Below, piece after piece: positions 34,795-48,630 of a DNA stretch of 64,000 nt. The notes under the pieces were generated by a model. It ran no database searches. It was not told where the DNA came from and worked only from the letters and a program-made list of their open reading frames with translations. This DNA is from Amphiscolops sp. MND2022 (taxonomy: Eukaryota). Positions within the stretch are counted from its first letter, which is position 1. Each line of letters begins with the position of its first letter. The translations under genes were made by a program, and so were the position numbers. Location of the stretch: assembly GCA_964187785.1 (NCBI GenBank), contig OZ076412.1, positions 32,612,001 through 32,676,000 on the forward strand, read 5' to 3'.

Positions 34795-37700
34795 GTCACG
34801 TTGTATTGAAATTTGAAACCTTGCTTGTTATGTGTTTATTTAATTCTTTTCTTGAGTGTCCTTTTTGGACAGTTGGTTGTGAATCTGCTGGAAAATTAAA
34901 ATCTGATAGGACAAAAAGCTCCCCAGCAGAGTATTCAAAACAGTCTGGTGTCAAAGAAAAAGCAAGTAAAAATGCCGCAGTATGCCAGTAATTGAATTTG
35001 TCGGATCGGTTCGGTCTGGACTCTGAATCATGTCTTTTCCTTTTAGTGAGTCATAGTCATAGCGTCAAGTCGTCTGAAGTCAGGATTAGCATAGGCTTAG
35101 GATTAGTTCGCAATTTGTACTTTGTTGTTTTTCTCGGATTATATACGACGACTCTAGTCGGTGATTTTCAGGGAATAGGTGGATTTTCAGTGGGTGGGGG
35201 GCAATGTATATATGGACTATCCCCTACGTCCGTTTTGAGTTTTGAGAAATCTAGTGACGACGGCGTCACGTCATTGGTGTCTTCGGTTTGATTTTCTGTT
35301 ACGTTTTGCATCGACTTTTCGTCATTCGTGTTCGTCTTTGTTAGTGTCGCAGCTTGCTGTTTATTGCTTGCAACTTCTGACCTCTCGTGTTCGTCAATTT
35401 GCTTTCAAGAATCCATTTCCCAAGATACTGCATACCATTCGTTGTGCGACACCTTGACGTCCGGATCTGGGAGATATTCGTTTGATCGTACAGTGACGTC
35501 AGGTTTTCGTTGTTCTGGCACGGTAGGACGTATTCGGGTTCCAGGTAGACTTTGTGTATATCTTCTGCCAATTTTCCGTATCGTGTAATTGTTATTTGAT
35601 AGTAATTTTATGACTATATCCGGTCCTTGAAATGCAAATTTTGTCGGTTGGCTGTCAGCTTTTGGATTAAGAATATAGCAACAGTCATTTATTTCGAGCA
35701 GAGCTGCAGACGTTTTGCGGTGTAAAATTTTTTGTATTCGAGATAAGACAGCATGAAATTGTCCTTTGCTGTCGCGCGCACTCCGTCAATTTGTTTTTGG
35801 AGTTGCTCTGCTATATCTGAGTTAGGCCTAGTTTTCCATTTTGGCTTGATGCCCAGTTTCAATTCAAGAACGTTGTAGGGTTTTCGTCCATGAAATACCG
35901 TAGATGGCGCGCAGCCTACAGTTTCATGGTATGTCTTGTTGTAGTTCATGTCTTGTGTTCGTTCCAAGATTCCAATACTTTGTGCATGTTCTGTGGACGC
36001 ATAGCTAATTTGAATTTCTAGTATCTGCGTTATTTCTGCGAGGACGTCTGATCGGAATTGTGAGCCTTTGTCTTTTTAAATTTGTGTTGGCAAGTACGCG
36101 TGTCTCGTCATGACGTTGACAATGCATTGTCAGTTGTTTTTGCTGTAACGTTCTGCGTTGGATATGCAAATAGATAGCGCGAGAATACATCGATCATGGT
36201 TACGATGTTTTGGTGTTCTGCGGAATTTGGAAGATTCGGTAATATATCGATCTCTAGGATATCTTTCGGTCCCAAGATGTGTTCTGTATTGTTGATCATT
36301 TTCGGTCTGATTTGATTGTTACTAATTTTCTTGTATTTAATACAGACTTCGCACTGTGAAACCCATTGTTTAATTCTTTTGGCTAATCCTGGGTAGTATT
36401 ACTTCGATCTGCATTCTTGGATCAACTTCGTGATTCCTGGGTGTTTTCCCATTTGTCCGTGAATTGCTCTTAGAAGTTCTGTTATTAGGTGTTCGGGGAG
36501 TAATATTTGATGGTGGGTGACTTGTCCGCATTCCCCATAGTATTTCGTCATTAGTTTGCCGTCTTTGACTATTAGTCTATTTTCGTGGACTGATAAGCGT
36601 TTTGCGTTCGGGTTCGTTTGTAATAGGTGTTTGATGTATTCGTCGCAGATGAGTTTTCGTTTTATTGCTTTGAACACCAAGTCCGCGTCTTGCTCGACTC
36701 TGATGCGTGCATCCTCTTTTATTGCCCCAAAGGTGTGTGATGCCTTGTTTATTGGAATTGGGGTTGTTTCGTTAATAGCCAGTTTTAGTTTTGTCGTCTC
36801 TTCGTCGCGCGCATCTTGCTCGCTTGCTTTTTTTGTAGCAGAATTTCTTCCTCAGTTTCAAGAGTTTGTTCTGGAAGGAAGAAAAATTCTTCTTCGTCTG
36901 CGACGTCTGGTGATTGTAAATTGACTTGTATCGGTCGGATCGTGATATCGTTTCTGATTTTTAGTTCAACTCTTTCTTCGAGATTGAGGTCGATCCTTGA
37001 TAAAAAAAATCAGCTGCTGTGTTTTGCGTCCCCGCTACGTGCATGATGTGGAAATTGAATTGTAGCACATAATCACTTGCATTCCATAGTGTAGGAGGGA
37101 TCGCTTTTGTTTGAAAAAGCGTGTTACCGACCTAATGTCAGTAATTACAAGTGTCGGTAGATTTGTTTCCCACAAGATTTGGCTGTAGTCTACAAATGCG
37201 TGATACATCGCTAAAAACTCTTTGCAGTAGATTGACATTTTTATTTGTGCTGGGTGAAACACTTTCGATCCGAATGCGACTGGGGCGAAACTTTTTTTGA
37301 TTTGAGTTTTTTATCTTTGTCTTCTTCTATCATTAGCTCATAGCCTGAGGCGCGAAAGCTGTCATCCGTCATTAGGACGGATTGGCGTCTTGTAATTGGT
37401 TGTTTGAGAGCCAATTCGCATGCTTCCGATGGTTCTGCGTTGATCGCTTTTGTCGTTGTCTAGCATTTCTTCCGTCGCTTTAATTTGCTTGTCTGCCTTC
37501 GGGAGTTCGTAGAACCAAGCAGATGTTCTGATAGCCTCTGAATGTAGTTGAGATAATAAGTGACGAAGCCGATGTATCTTTTGTACTTGTTCATTTGATT
37601 TTGGAAACTTCACATTTGCTAAGAATTTTTGGATTTTGTGATCTTGCGGAGCAATTGCTTGTGGTGTGATAGTTCTCCCAAAAAATTCGACTTTAGGAAC

Positions 37701-39549
37701 TCCGAAATGACATTTTTCAATAGTTCGTTTGAGTCCTGCCTTTCTGATGCTTTCGAAGACGGCGCGGATATTACGTATCAATTGCGTCGCAGCGTTTTGT
37801 GTCCTTTCACCAATACTTGTAGAGGTTTAGGATTGCAGTTTTTCATTTCGTCTGTTGTCATGGCCAACGTGATAACGACGTGTGGGAATTGGATAGTTCC
37901 ATTTACTGTGTCTATTACCGCCTGATGAAGTTCAGTACTATTACAGGGAAGGACGTCTTCGAGAGGGTAACAAAAGTGTCCGTGAATGTGTATGTTCCGA
38001 TTTTGAATTGGATATTAGCTGTGGCTATTGGTTTTTCCAATTGGGCATTTGCGCATTCGATTTTGAAAGGGGGTTCGGGGTACTTCTTGATGAAGCAACT
38101 GACGTTATTCATTTCGATTGTGTTGTAAACAGACCAGGACATTGCGTTGTAGAACGCTCCGGAGGTAACAAGTACATCCAATGTTTGTTCACCGAACCCA
38201 AGTGGCAGGTATAACATTTTTCGTCGTTTTTTGAGTACTATTGTTGAGTGTAGGGGTTTGTACGTGTCTCCATCTTTTTCAGCTATGTATTTTTTGATTG
38301 AGTTGAGTGAGACGGGGATCCATTCTGCTTATTCTTCTTGTTGGTCATTTTTGGCGTTAAGCCGTTTTTTGGTGACGATTGCTTGTCAGTCTTCCGTTGG
38401 TGTTCCATTGCATTCTGTTGTGGTGTCATTGTTGTGTTCGGTGGATCCTCTATTAAATACGCCCTCCCAACTACTGTTTCCCCGAAGCGCAGGTGCGGCG
38501 TAATTAGTTTTTTGATTCATCGACAGTTTAAGTTGTCGTTGGTTGGACGGAGCTTTCCGTCTTTCGTTCTTGTTGGTTGTGACGCTTAGGTCGTGGATCG
38601 TTGGCGGAGTTGGCTCCATTCCAACAGTCTTCCGTTTTGTGAAGTTTGCCGCAAGTGTCGCATTTAAGCGTATTGCCTGCATTGCTGTTTGTTTGGCCAT
38701 TGTTTTTTCGTGTTTGTTGCCACTTGTCTCATTTCATTTTTTGGCATTCGGCTTTGAAATGGCCGAATTCATTGCAATAAAAGCAATACACCTTTTCGGT
38801 GTTCTGCGGGATATTTTCTACTGGTTTTGATTCAGTTTTAAGTTGGGCCGTTTCTAGCAAGTTTAGAGGGACGAGGGTCACCTCATCTGTCGCTCCAAGG
38901 CCGTTGAGTCTCCTTTCCTTCTCTAGGCGAACTACAATATCGTTATACGGCTTGTCCTCAAGATGCGCTCTATTGAGTGTTTTCTTGACGTGGTCGGGCG
39001 TTTTTGCATATACCGCCTTGTCTGTGAACTGTTGGGCTTCTGCTCCAAAGGTTTCTTTTACGGTTTTTTGAAGTACGTCCAAAAATTCGTGGAGCTTTTG
39101 TGTTGATGGATCGAATTTGAGCGCATACCTTTCGCATCTTGCTTTTGCCATCGACAGGTAGTCTCCAAAGCGACGTTTGAAGATCGTCATTCTTTTGTCC
39201 AATGAATCTTTTTTCGTCCAGTCTTCTTTGTTACAAAACGCTTGTAGTGCGTCTCCTCGGAGCAAGGAATGAAAACAATTTATTTTCTGGTTTTCCGTGA
39301 GATGCGAATACATTTTGATATTATTACGGAAAAAGTCTTCGAAGAGCTCGAAATTTTCAGACTTCTCATCAAAAGTTGGAGAGTGATGCCGTTAAAGCTT
39401 TTGGACTAGACAACGTAGTGTTGTCGTTCTTGTCCGATGCAAAAAGTGTCCTGGCCACTACGGGACGCTCTTTTGACGCTGGTTGGCTTTGGGACCTTAT
39501 TTTTGGGGTTTTCAGCTAGTTGATGGAGTCGTTTAAACTCCTGTCATCA
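34795..39549 (-). pseudogene. gag-pol, copy 3: gag with knuckle, protease, C-terminal RT remnant, RNase H, integrase
   Basis: CFYCNEFGHFKAEC, LVTSGAF (protease, D lost), IRNIRAVFESIRKAGLKRTIEKCHFG (RT downstream of the YxDD motif, 37362-37790), DKGSQF, HGQMGKHPG. The RT catalytic core is deleted. Confidence 0.9.
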
Positions 39550-39896
39550 TGTTACGACTTGTGCTCGGGTCGTCGTTATGCGTTGAGTTTATCCTAACAG
39601 ATTGTAGGAGTGTAGAAACTCCTTGTTTCATTTTCTGGTTTTTCATCAACATTTTCTTTTACGTTTTTGCCAATTTTAGGTTTCAACAGTTTCAACTTTT
39701 CTTTCTGAGAGTCTATGAGGAGATTCTTGATTTCGGAAGTTATGTCCTCTTTCGAAGAAGCTCTCAAGCTCTCACGAAGTCTATTTTCCACTCTGGGGGA
39801 ATTCGCACTGGAAGGTCCGCAATGCTTGCGTCTTGCTCTGGATGACAAACGTTTTCCAATATTATTGGTGAAATCAAACCTTCACTTATACTGTCG
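39538..39896 (-). repeat. 5'-truncated internal LTR (39550-39896) plus mutated PBS
   Basis: Same deletion junction and TGATGACAGGAG as at 28265-28623. Confidence 0.8.
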
Positions 39897-40679
39897 ATGC
39901 TAAGATGGAACAAAGTTAAAAAATAACAACCAATTATGATTTATTCAATTTAGATTAGGTATGCATTTTAATTAACAAAACACGAAACAACGAAGCAATG
40001 ACGTCGGCTAATTATCGGACATGACAGAACTTCAAACAGTTAACGCTAACACCAGTTTTAAATAACGCTTTGAGTACAAATGAGCGTTAGTGATGCACCA
40101 AAACCTGTACACTGTTAATAAAAACTGATTCATAGTCCCCAAGAACTACAAAATTTACGGGATTATTCATTTTTAACCAGCGACATGATTACATGGTCCA
40201 CAAAATTGATTTACAAATTCGAGAATATCGTACGTCAACAAGCAGTATAAATATCGTGCAATACTGATTTGCGAGAAATGAAATTTACTCTTAACAGGTA
40301 ACAAGTAATACCTGTTGAAGACACGTTTAATAGCTTAGCTCATTACTCGTCACGACAACAAGACAACATTTCTAACTTCCTTCATTATAAATGAACCACA
40401 AAGTTTAAGACACAACACTAAAAATATAAAAAGATCCCCACTTTACAAAATACAAGTTTCTTCTGTGCTAAAAGATAAACTGTGTCTTCTATCCATTAAA
40501 TAAGTAGAAGATTCCGTAAAATTTGAGCCTTGATACGTTTTTAATCTTATCTCCAACTTGTCGGTAATTTGTTTGACGAAAGATTGACGTGAATTTACAA
40601 GTTTCTTGCTACTTCCCGTACTAAAATAGACATTGCCTAAGCGTTTTTTTTGTATCGAATTCATTAAAACAGTATTCAT
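39897..40679 (-). pseudogene. Accessory ORF-B remnant, copy 3
   Basis: Homologous to 28625-29406. Confidence 0.3.
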
Positions 40680-41079
40680 TTCAATATTCTGGATGAAAAA
40701 AAAACAGCTATTTTGATTGATTTGCGACGTAGCGTTGACAAAATTTCTTAGCTAGCTTGGCAAGCTGCCAAGTTTGACGAGTTGCTGACGAGTATTTTAG
40801 AAAGAAATTCTGACTAGCTGCCAAGTTAGTGACGTCATACCGTCGACAAATTTGGAATACTTACAACTAGCCGACTGCCCAATTGCGTAGTGCTGACGTC
40901 ACTAGTATAGTTTTCAGGTGGTGAATGTTTCTATTCTGACGTGGCAAAAACGTTTTGCCGGAATTGCGTGAAATCTTTTTAGCTCATTTAATTTCCTGTT
41001 TTCATTTTCATTTGTGATTTGTGCGAAATAGACGTACTTTTTGTTTTTTTTTCAGTCACAGTTTATTTCGAAAATGAGT

Positions 41080-41914
41080 ATTAATGTTTGAAATCAGTAC
41101 TTGAAGTACCACCTGGGAAACTATACACTGCAGCCGTGTCCTCTCCCGATCCCAATGCGTTTGCAGCAGCATCTCAGACTGGAAGCGGGCTGCGACAGGG
41201 CCACTCTTGTCGGGCAAACACCTCTCCCAGGTTGTCGTGGCACGAACTAGGGTTGGGGCAATTCTCCACCCTGGCATCTGTTGTTCTGCTGGTGTTGCCG
41301 TCTTCTCCGAGGTCGTTTAGAGAGCTCGCCGGTTGAAAGATTACATTTTTTTTATTGAGCCGGAGGGTGAAGAAGTACGAGTGGGTGTCTTTCTGTTCGA
41401 CTCGTTCGAGGTATTCTGCCACTTTACTGCTCGTTATGGACTCTTCATGTGTAGTGGGTTCCTCTACAATGAACACGTCTGAACACACGCTCTCGTCGGG
41501 GCTTACAGGGCTGTCCCACAGCTGTTTGTTTCAGCTCACAGCAGGGTCTTGTCGCGTGGCGTACGTCTCAGGTTCGAAGGGTTCTAGACTTGAATTCAGC
41601 CTCATCTTTTTGCAATTCGAATCAAGGGAGTCCGCCGAGATATCGAAATATTCCTCCCAGTCTGCGACTGCTTCTGCCGAGGAGTGGGATACCTCTAACA
41701 CTACCCTGTAGTTGGATTTGAATTCTCGAGGCGGGTGTTGATGCTCGCTCTAGTAACCCTTCTTCGTCTTCGCCCGAAGAAATGTCGATCAGCTCGAAAA
41801 CGTTTTTGCAGCTGTTCATCTTCTAAGCTGCTTTTTTTCCTTCTGTTTTGATTGTTCCAGAATGAGGTTAGAAATAATTAGGATTAGGAAAATTGTCGGG
41901 ACGAGTCCCTCCAT
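41080..41914 (-). pseudogene. Accessory ORF-C, copy 3
   Basis: MEGLVPTIFLILIISNLILEQ; ORFs 41622-41819 and 41174-41488. Confidence 0.45.
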
Positions 41915-42254
41915 TCTGATTGGTTAATCAATAATTTTAATCTTTATCAAATCCCAGGTACTGACGTTATGCCAACGTCGCGTTTTTATTGGCTGCAAAT
42001 TAAATAATTCGCCTTACTAAACTTGTCAACTATTTGCTGACGTCAAGTTCGTTAGCAATTAGCTAACTTAGACTTTATCACCGTTTTGATGACGTCATAA
42101 TAAACTATAGCATTATTTTTTTTAACCCTGATAACCTTTTTGTCGACGTTTTGCCGACGTCAATTTCGTTGGTGAATTACCAACTTCACTGATGACGTCA
42201 CTTTTGGAAATTTTTTCCATTCTGTTTGATTTTCAAATTCTCAGCTGTTTTGTG
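41915..42254. promoter_or_regulatory. CRE-rich divergent promoter, third full copy
   Basis: Three TGACGTCA motifs and ATTGG boxes. Confidence 0.55.
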
Positions 42255-45200
42255 ATGTCCGCTTCTCGTGGTCTTATCGAGTCAGGTGCTGTGAGCGGCA
42301 ATGGGACGCAGTTCCTGTTCTCAGATGGCGATGTGCTTGAGAGTGACGCTGACCTTGTTCATCGGCCTGCACTTGGTAAGTTTTCTATTCCTAGTTCCAT
42401 TAAGCTTTTGTGAAATATACTTTCAACAGCTAGGCTTTTTCTGTAGCAGTATTTTCGCAGCGTAGATTTTCTTGACGCGTCGATGTTAGGAATGTTTTTC
42501 AGCGCCTGGTCCGGAGTTTGTTTCTTCTGGTCGGAACTTCCGCTACCGTTGTCACAGCTTCCTTACCTGATGATCTTTTCGGCATCGCCATTGAGTCTCT
42601 TGAAGTTTCTGCCACTACTCTTGACGCTGTTCCTCCTGTCTTTGAGATGCCTGCTTCTCGCGCATCTTCCATCTGTAGAAGACAGATAACACACCGAAAA
42701 AGAAGATGTCCCCCCCCTCTGTCGAAGACAAAAGGCATGCATAGAAAGAAGATGTTCCATCGGCTAGGATGGTAGTAAGTGGTGATTATCTGACTGGTTC
42801 CCCAAAGCCTGTTGCTGGGAGGCCTGGCCCTTCAGTTTTTGTACCAGGTAATGTTTTAGTCTGTTTTGCTTTAATTGGGTTCTTTCTATCATATACTGTT
42901 TGATCATGTTTGTATAGTATTGTCTTGCAGGGTATGTTGTTAATTTGTAGGGGAGACCTCTGGTTATGGCGTGGAAACTATGGGGGCATCATCGAGTAAG
43001 TGTGGCCGTTCTGTGCGCGTGTCGTCCTTGAGTCGTCAATATTATGTCAATGTCTCCAGTAGTAGTTACGACCGAGATGAAATAATTGACGCTCTCATAC
43101 AGGCTTCGAGGCAACCCGCACATTGGAGCCTTTCGTTTCCAGTGAGTATTAGGGTGTTACTTATTTTTTTTGTGTTCTTTGTTTGTTTTGGTGGATGGTG
43201 GTTTGTGGTTGTCACATTCCGTTGAGGTGGTTTTGTTGTTATAGGGCTTGAAGCTTTAGTTTCTCGGATAGAGCACAGTGTGGAGAGTGTGACGCCTTCC
43301 CAGCAACAAAAGAAATGGTCTTAAAGTTCGCGGAATCGACTCGGCCGTGAGATGTTCCGGGACCACTCTGTTCTGGAGTTGTTTGTGAGTGGGTCGAGCA
43401 CTGGCTCAGATAAGACTTTTTCCGCACCATTTGTCACAGAGACGTGTCAATGGAGACCCGGGGGGCAGGCGAGCTGAGTCATCATTTCTCTGAAGACCGT
43501 CATTGGCAGGCTGACGTGATTTATCGAGTTCAACAAGGATTGCCAGTTTTTAATAAACTGATGGATCCTATCGAACTGTCGGAGTCTCAGAGGAGTTATT
43601 TCCTCTCTTGTCCCTTCAAGGATAAGTCGGAAGGATCCAGCTTCCCTGAGGACCTCCTCCCGCCCAGTACACTGTGTCCCTACTAACAATGGTGAATCGT
43701 CTCGTCGAGCTGTTGCGTTCTGGCGGAACGTACATCCTCCTACGCCGATTGTGGGATTGTTTTCAGGCAACACTTGGCAAGACAATCCGCTATATGCGCT
43801 GAACTGGAGTAAAGATGAGTCGTTGGTAACTGTGTTTGCTTCTGTCCAAGGCGTGACTCTGATGTTTTTCTTCCCTAGGTTTTGGTGGGTGTGATACTAT
43901 GGTCTATTTTGTCACTGATTGTATTTGGTTGTTGTTTGCAGGCGTTAGTATGTCGCGCACTGTGCCTGCGAGTGTTGAGGATGTTACTGTCACGAGTGTC
44001 GTCCTTCAAAGAATATTCAGTGATAATCGAGGAAAGTGGTGAGAAGCAGTCGTGTTTTGTCAGAACTTGGGAAGACAATTCTTTGTTGGACATCTGTGCG
44101 AATGTTGAGGTGCTTGGTCAACGCGTGCCTGCTTCCGAGTCGTCTCGAGCGGTGTGTAGTGTAGAGTCTAGTCGTATGTCCTTGAGTATTCGTGGTGGTC
44201 CTCAGGCTTTCATGTGAGTATTAAGGGATGCTCGTACTGATGGACGCTTGCTTAATTACTGTCGAGAGTTCACAAGTGACAGGTACCGTCAGACCGACCA
44301 GGAGATTTTCGGTGACAGCGATGATTGACTTTTTATTGCTGAGATTGAAAACTGCCTTGCATGAACCGTAAATGGAGGATTTGCCAACATTGCGTCGCTG
44401 TGTTGTCGCTGGCTGTGTCATGTTCTTTGATCTCCGTGCTGTCATCCGGTAGTTGCTTTCTGTATGGGAAAGTGTTCGCGAATTCGTTCGTTATACTGGA
44501 CCCCGGCATGTCAAGTCTACTTCTGATACGATAATTATTACTTGTGTTGTCTGTTTTCTCGTTTCTATTTCGTCTTTCATCTTAGCTGATTGGGAAATGT
44601 GGATGATTGGTCCGCGGGCTGAACCTTGCGGTTTTGTTTTAGATGCGAGAAGAGACAGTTTGATCTATTCGGATGAAAGAGGTAACTTGCGTTTGAAATT
44701 ATTGCTCCACGTGTTGGATCGTTGTTATTATTGGTGTTTCTTGTTGTGTATGATATAGGGAGAAAAATGAAAGAACAAACAGGTAGAGCTAAAAGAAGTA
44801 GGTGATCTGGTTTTTAGTTTGTGTTTTTAATTTGTTTGTTCTGTTGCAGATTGGTGTAATTTCCCAAAGCAATTGTCTGGACGAGATGACTACAGTTTGC
44901 ACAGTTATTCGGGGCTCTGTCATTTTATCTACTGTGTATTGTCACGAACTCGGAATTTGTCGTCGCTTCCTGGGATTCAGGCATGAGACGATTATATGGA
45001 TCGCGATAAACTGGCTGAGATAGAGAAAATTGACCTGAGGGTTTCTTGTTGACAGGCGAGTTCGGTGACGAATTGCAACATGGGGCCACTGTGAAGTGCG
45101 AGTGTTTAAAAAACGAGTTTTTGAGTTTTTGGACCATCTCGGTGACCATGTCGTTTCATCGTTGTATTTGATTTCGTCCAATGTTATGCAAGGGCTGTTT

Positions 45201-46083
45201 TCCTTTTGTTCAGATACTTTACTCGAGGGGGACGTTCAACGTGGTTTAGTTCAAGTGGTTCAAGTGGTTCAAGTGATCTTCAAGTGGTTTAGTAAGTTGC
45301 TTTCTGTTCTGAAGAAGAGTGGATGTTTGAGTGAGGATGAGTCTGTGGCCAGTTGTGAAGAACTTACGACTCATGCTGTTGATGCGCGTGCACCTTCGTT
45401 TAGTGAGAAGAACGCTGAAGATATTCCTGACATCGTGGAATATCTATTAGCTGATTACAGTTTCTTTCCCAGTCACGGGGGCATTTGTTATGAGTTTTTA
45501 AAATATGTTGCCTTGTGGTTGTCAGCGTCGGAAATCGTATCCAACTGTTTCATTCGAACTGGGTGGATGTGCAGTTACTCCAGCTGTGCTTTCGTCCTGC
45601 ATTACGGGGTGTACAGAGTTATGTCGCCCTGTTATAAGCAGAAAAGTTTCTTTACGAAGAGCACTATAGAAGCTGTACGTGATGCTATCCGTGGGTCTCG
45701 GGCTTTCTTATCTGATGCGAGTTTCGATCCTTGGGCTGGCTTGTTGAGTGGAGATTGTGATGCCTTCGTCAAGCAGTAAGACGATGAGTTTACGTTTTTT
45801 TTGGCTGGGAAGAAAAAAATTCATATCAGTATTTGTATCGCATAGTAGTTGAGTGGTCACTGGTGAGCTGTCTGAATCTTCGTCCTGTGTGAGTGGTGAG
45901 AAACTGTTTGCTGGCGCGGGAGCGGCCTTCAGTAAATCTGCACGCGTTGCTGAGACGTCTAAAGCGTGTCCGTCTCTTTGTAGTAACGATAGTGACGAGA
46001 GTCTTTCGCAATTATTGAAGAAGAAAGGTAAAGGCCGAAAAGGTTGAAATTCAAGATCACGTTCCATTTTGGAGAAGAAATAA
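42255..46083 (+). pseudogene. Gene E, copy 4
   Basis: Closest to copy 3 (shared indels); 227-aa open stretch at 45096-45779. Confidence 0.7.
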
Positions 46084-46084
46084 C

Positions 46085-48630
46085 TTTCACGTTGTATTGA
46101 AATTTGAAACCTTGCTTGTTATGTGTTTTTATTTATTTCTTTTCTTGAGTGTCCTTTCTGGACAGTTGGTTTTGAATCTGCTGGAAAATTAAAATCTGAT
46201 AGGACAAAAAGCTCCCCAGCAGAGTATTCAAAACAGTCTGGTGTCAAGGAAAAAGCAAGTAAAAAGGCCGCAGTATGCCAGTAATTGAATTTGTCGGATC
46301 GGTTCGGTCTGGACTCTGAATCATGTCTTTTCCTTTTAGTGAGTCGTAGTCATAGCGTCAAGTCGTCTGAAGTCAGGATTAGCATAGGCTTAGGATTAGT
46401 TCGCAATTTGTACCTTGTTGTTTTTCTCGGATTATATCCGACGACTCTAGTCGGTGATTTCCAGGGAATAGGTGGATTTTCAGTGTGTTGGGGGCGATGT
46501 ATATATGGACTATCCCCTACGTCTGTTTTGAGTTTTGAGAAATCTGGTGACGACGGCCTCACGTCATTGGTGTCTTCGGTTTGATTTTCTGTTACGTTTT
46601 GCATCGACTTTTCGTCATTCGTGTTCGTCTTCTTTAGTGTCGCAGCTTGCTGTTTATTGCTTGCAATTTCTGACGTCTCGTGTTCGTCAATTTGCTTTCC
46701 AAAATCCATTTCCCAGGATACTGCATACCATTCGTTGTGCGACACCTTGATGTCCGGATCTGGGAGATATTCGTTTGATCGTACAGTGACGTCAGGTATT
46801 CGTTGTTCTGGCACGGTAGGACGTATTCGGGTTCCAGGTAGACTTTGTGTATATCTTTTGCCAATTTTCCGTATCGTGTAATTGTTATTTGATAGTAATT
46901 TTATGACTATATACGGTCCCATCCAAATGCAATCTTGAAATGTAAATTTTGTGGATTGGCTGTCAGCTTTCGGATTAAGAATATAGCAACAGTCATTTAT
47001 TTTGAGCAGAGCTGCAGACGTTTTGCGGTGTAAAATTTTTTGTATTCGAGATAAGACAGCATGAAATTGTCCTTTGCTGTCGCGCGCACTCCGTCAATTT
47101 GTTTTTGGAGTTGCTCTGCTATATCTGAGTTAGGCCTAGTTTTCCATTTTGGCTTGATGCCCAGTTTCAAGTCAAGAACGTTGTAGGGTTTTCGTCCATG
47201 AAATACCGTAGATGGCGCGCAGCCTAGAGTTTCATGGTATGTCTTGTTGTAGTTCATGTCTTGTGTTCGTTCCAAGATTCCAATACTTTGTGCATGTTCT
47301 GTGAACGCATAGCTAGTTTGAATTTCTAGTATCTGCGTTATTTCTGCGAGGACGTCTGATCGGAATTGTGAGCCTTTGTCTTTTTAAATTTGTGTTGGCA
47401 AGTACGCGTGTCTCGTCATGACGTTGACAATGCATCGTCAGTTGTTTTTGCTGTAACGTTCTGCGTTGGATATGCAAATAGATAGCGCGAGAATACATCG
47501 ATCATGGTTACGATGTTTTGGTATTCTGCGGAATTTGGAAGATTCGGTAATATATCGATCTCTAGGATATCTTCCGGTCCCAAGACGTGTTCTGTATTGT
47601 TGATCATTTTCGGTCTGATTTGATTGTTACTAATTTGCTTGTATTTAATACAGACTTCGCATTGTGAAACCCATTGTTTAATTCTTTTGGCTAATCCTGG
47701 GTAGTATTACTTCGATCTGCATTCTTGGATCAACTTCGTGATTCCTGGATGTTTTCCCATTTGTCCGTGAATTGCTCTTAGAAGTTCTGTTAATAGGTGT
47801 TCGGGGAGTAATATTTGATGGTGGGTGACTTGTCCGCATTCCCCATAGTATTTCCTCATTAGTTTGCCGTCTTTGACTATTAGTCTATTTTCGTGGACTG
47901 ATAAGCGTTTTGCGTTCGGGTTCGTTTGTAATAGGTGTTTGACGTATTCGTCGCAGATGAGTTTTCGTTTTATTGCTTTGAACACCAAGTCCGCGTCTTG
48001 CTCGACTCTGATGCGTGCATCCTCTTTTATTGCCCCAAAAGGTGTATGATTCCTTGTTTTTTGGAATTGGGGTTGTTTTTTATTAGCCAGTTTTAGTTTT
48101 GTTGTCTCTTCGTCGCGCGCATTTTGTCTCGCTTGCTCTTTTTGTAGCAGAACTTCTTCCTCAAATTCAAGAGTTTGTTCTGGAAGGAAGAAAATTAATT
48201 CTTCGTCTGCGACGTCTGGTGATTGTAAATTGACTTGTATTGGTCGGATTGTGATATCGTTTCTGATTTTTAGTTCAACTCTTTCTTCGAGATTGAGGTC
48301 GATCCTTGATAAAAAAATGAGCTGCTGTGTTTTGCGTCCCCGCTACGTGCATGATGTGGAAATTGAATTGTAGCACATAATCACTTGCATTCCATTGTGT
48401 GGGAGGGATCGCTTTTGTTCGAAAAAGCGTGTTACCGACCTAATGTCAGTCATTACAAGTGTCGGTAGATTTGTTTCCCACAAGATTTGGCTGTAGTCCA
48501 CAAATGCGGGATACATCGCTAAAAACTCTTTGCAGTAGATTGACATTTTTATTTGTGCTGGGTAAAACACTTTCAATCCGAATGCGACTGGGGCGAAACT
48601 TTTTTTGATTTGAGTTTTTTATCCTTGTCT
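46085..48630 (-). pseudogene. pol 3' part, copy 4 (tail, integrase, RNase H), truncated
   Basis: As 34795-37330; joined at ~48631 to an ORF-B/CRE fragment. Confidence 0.88.
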
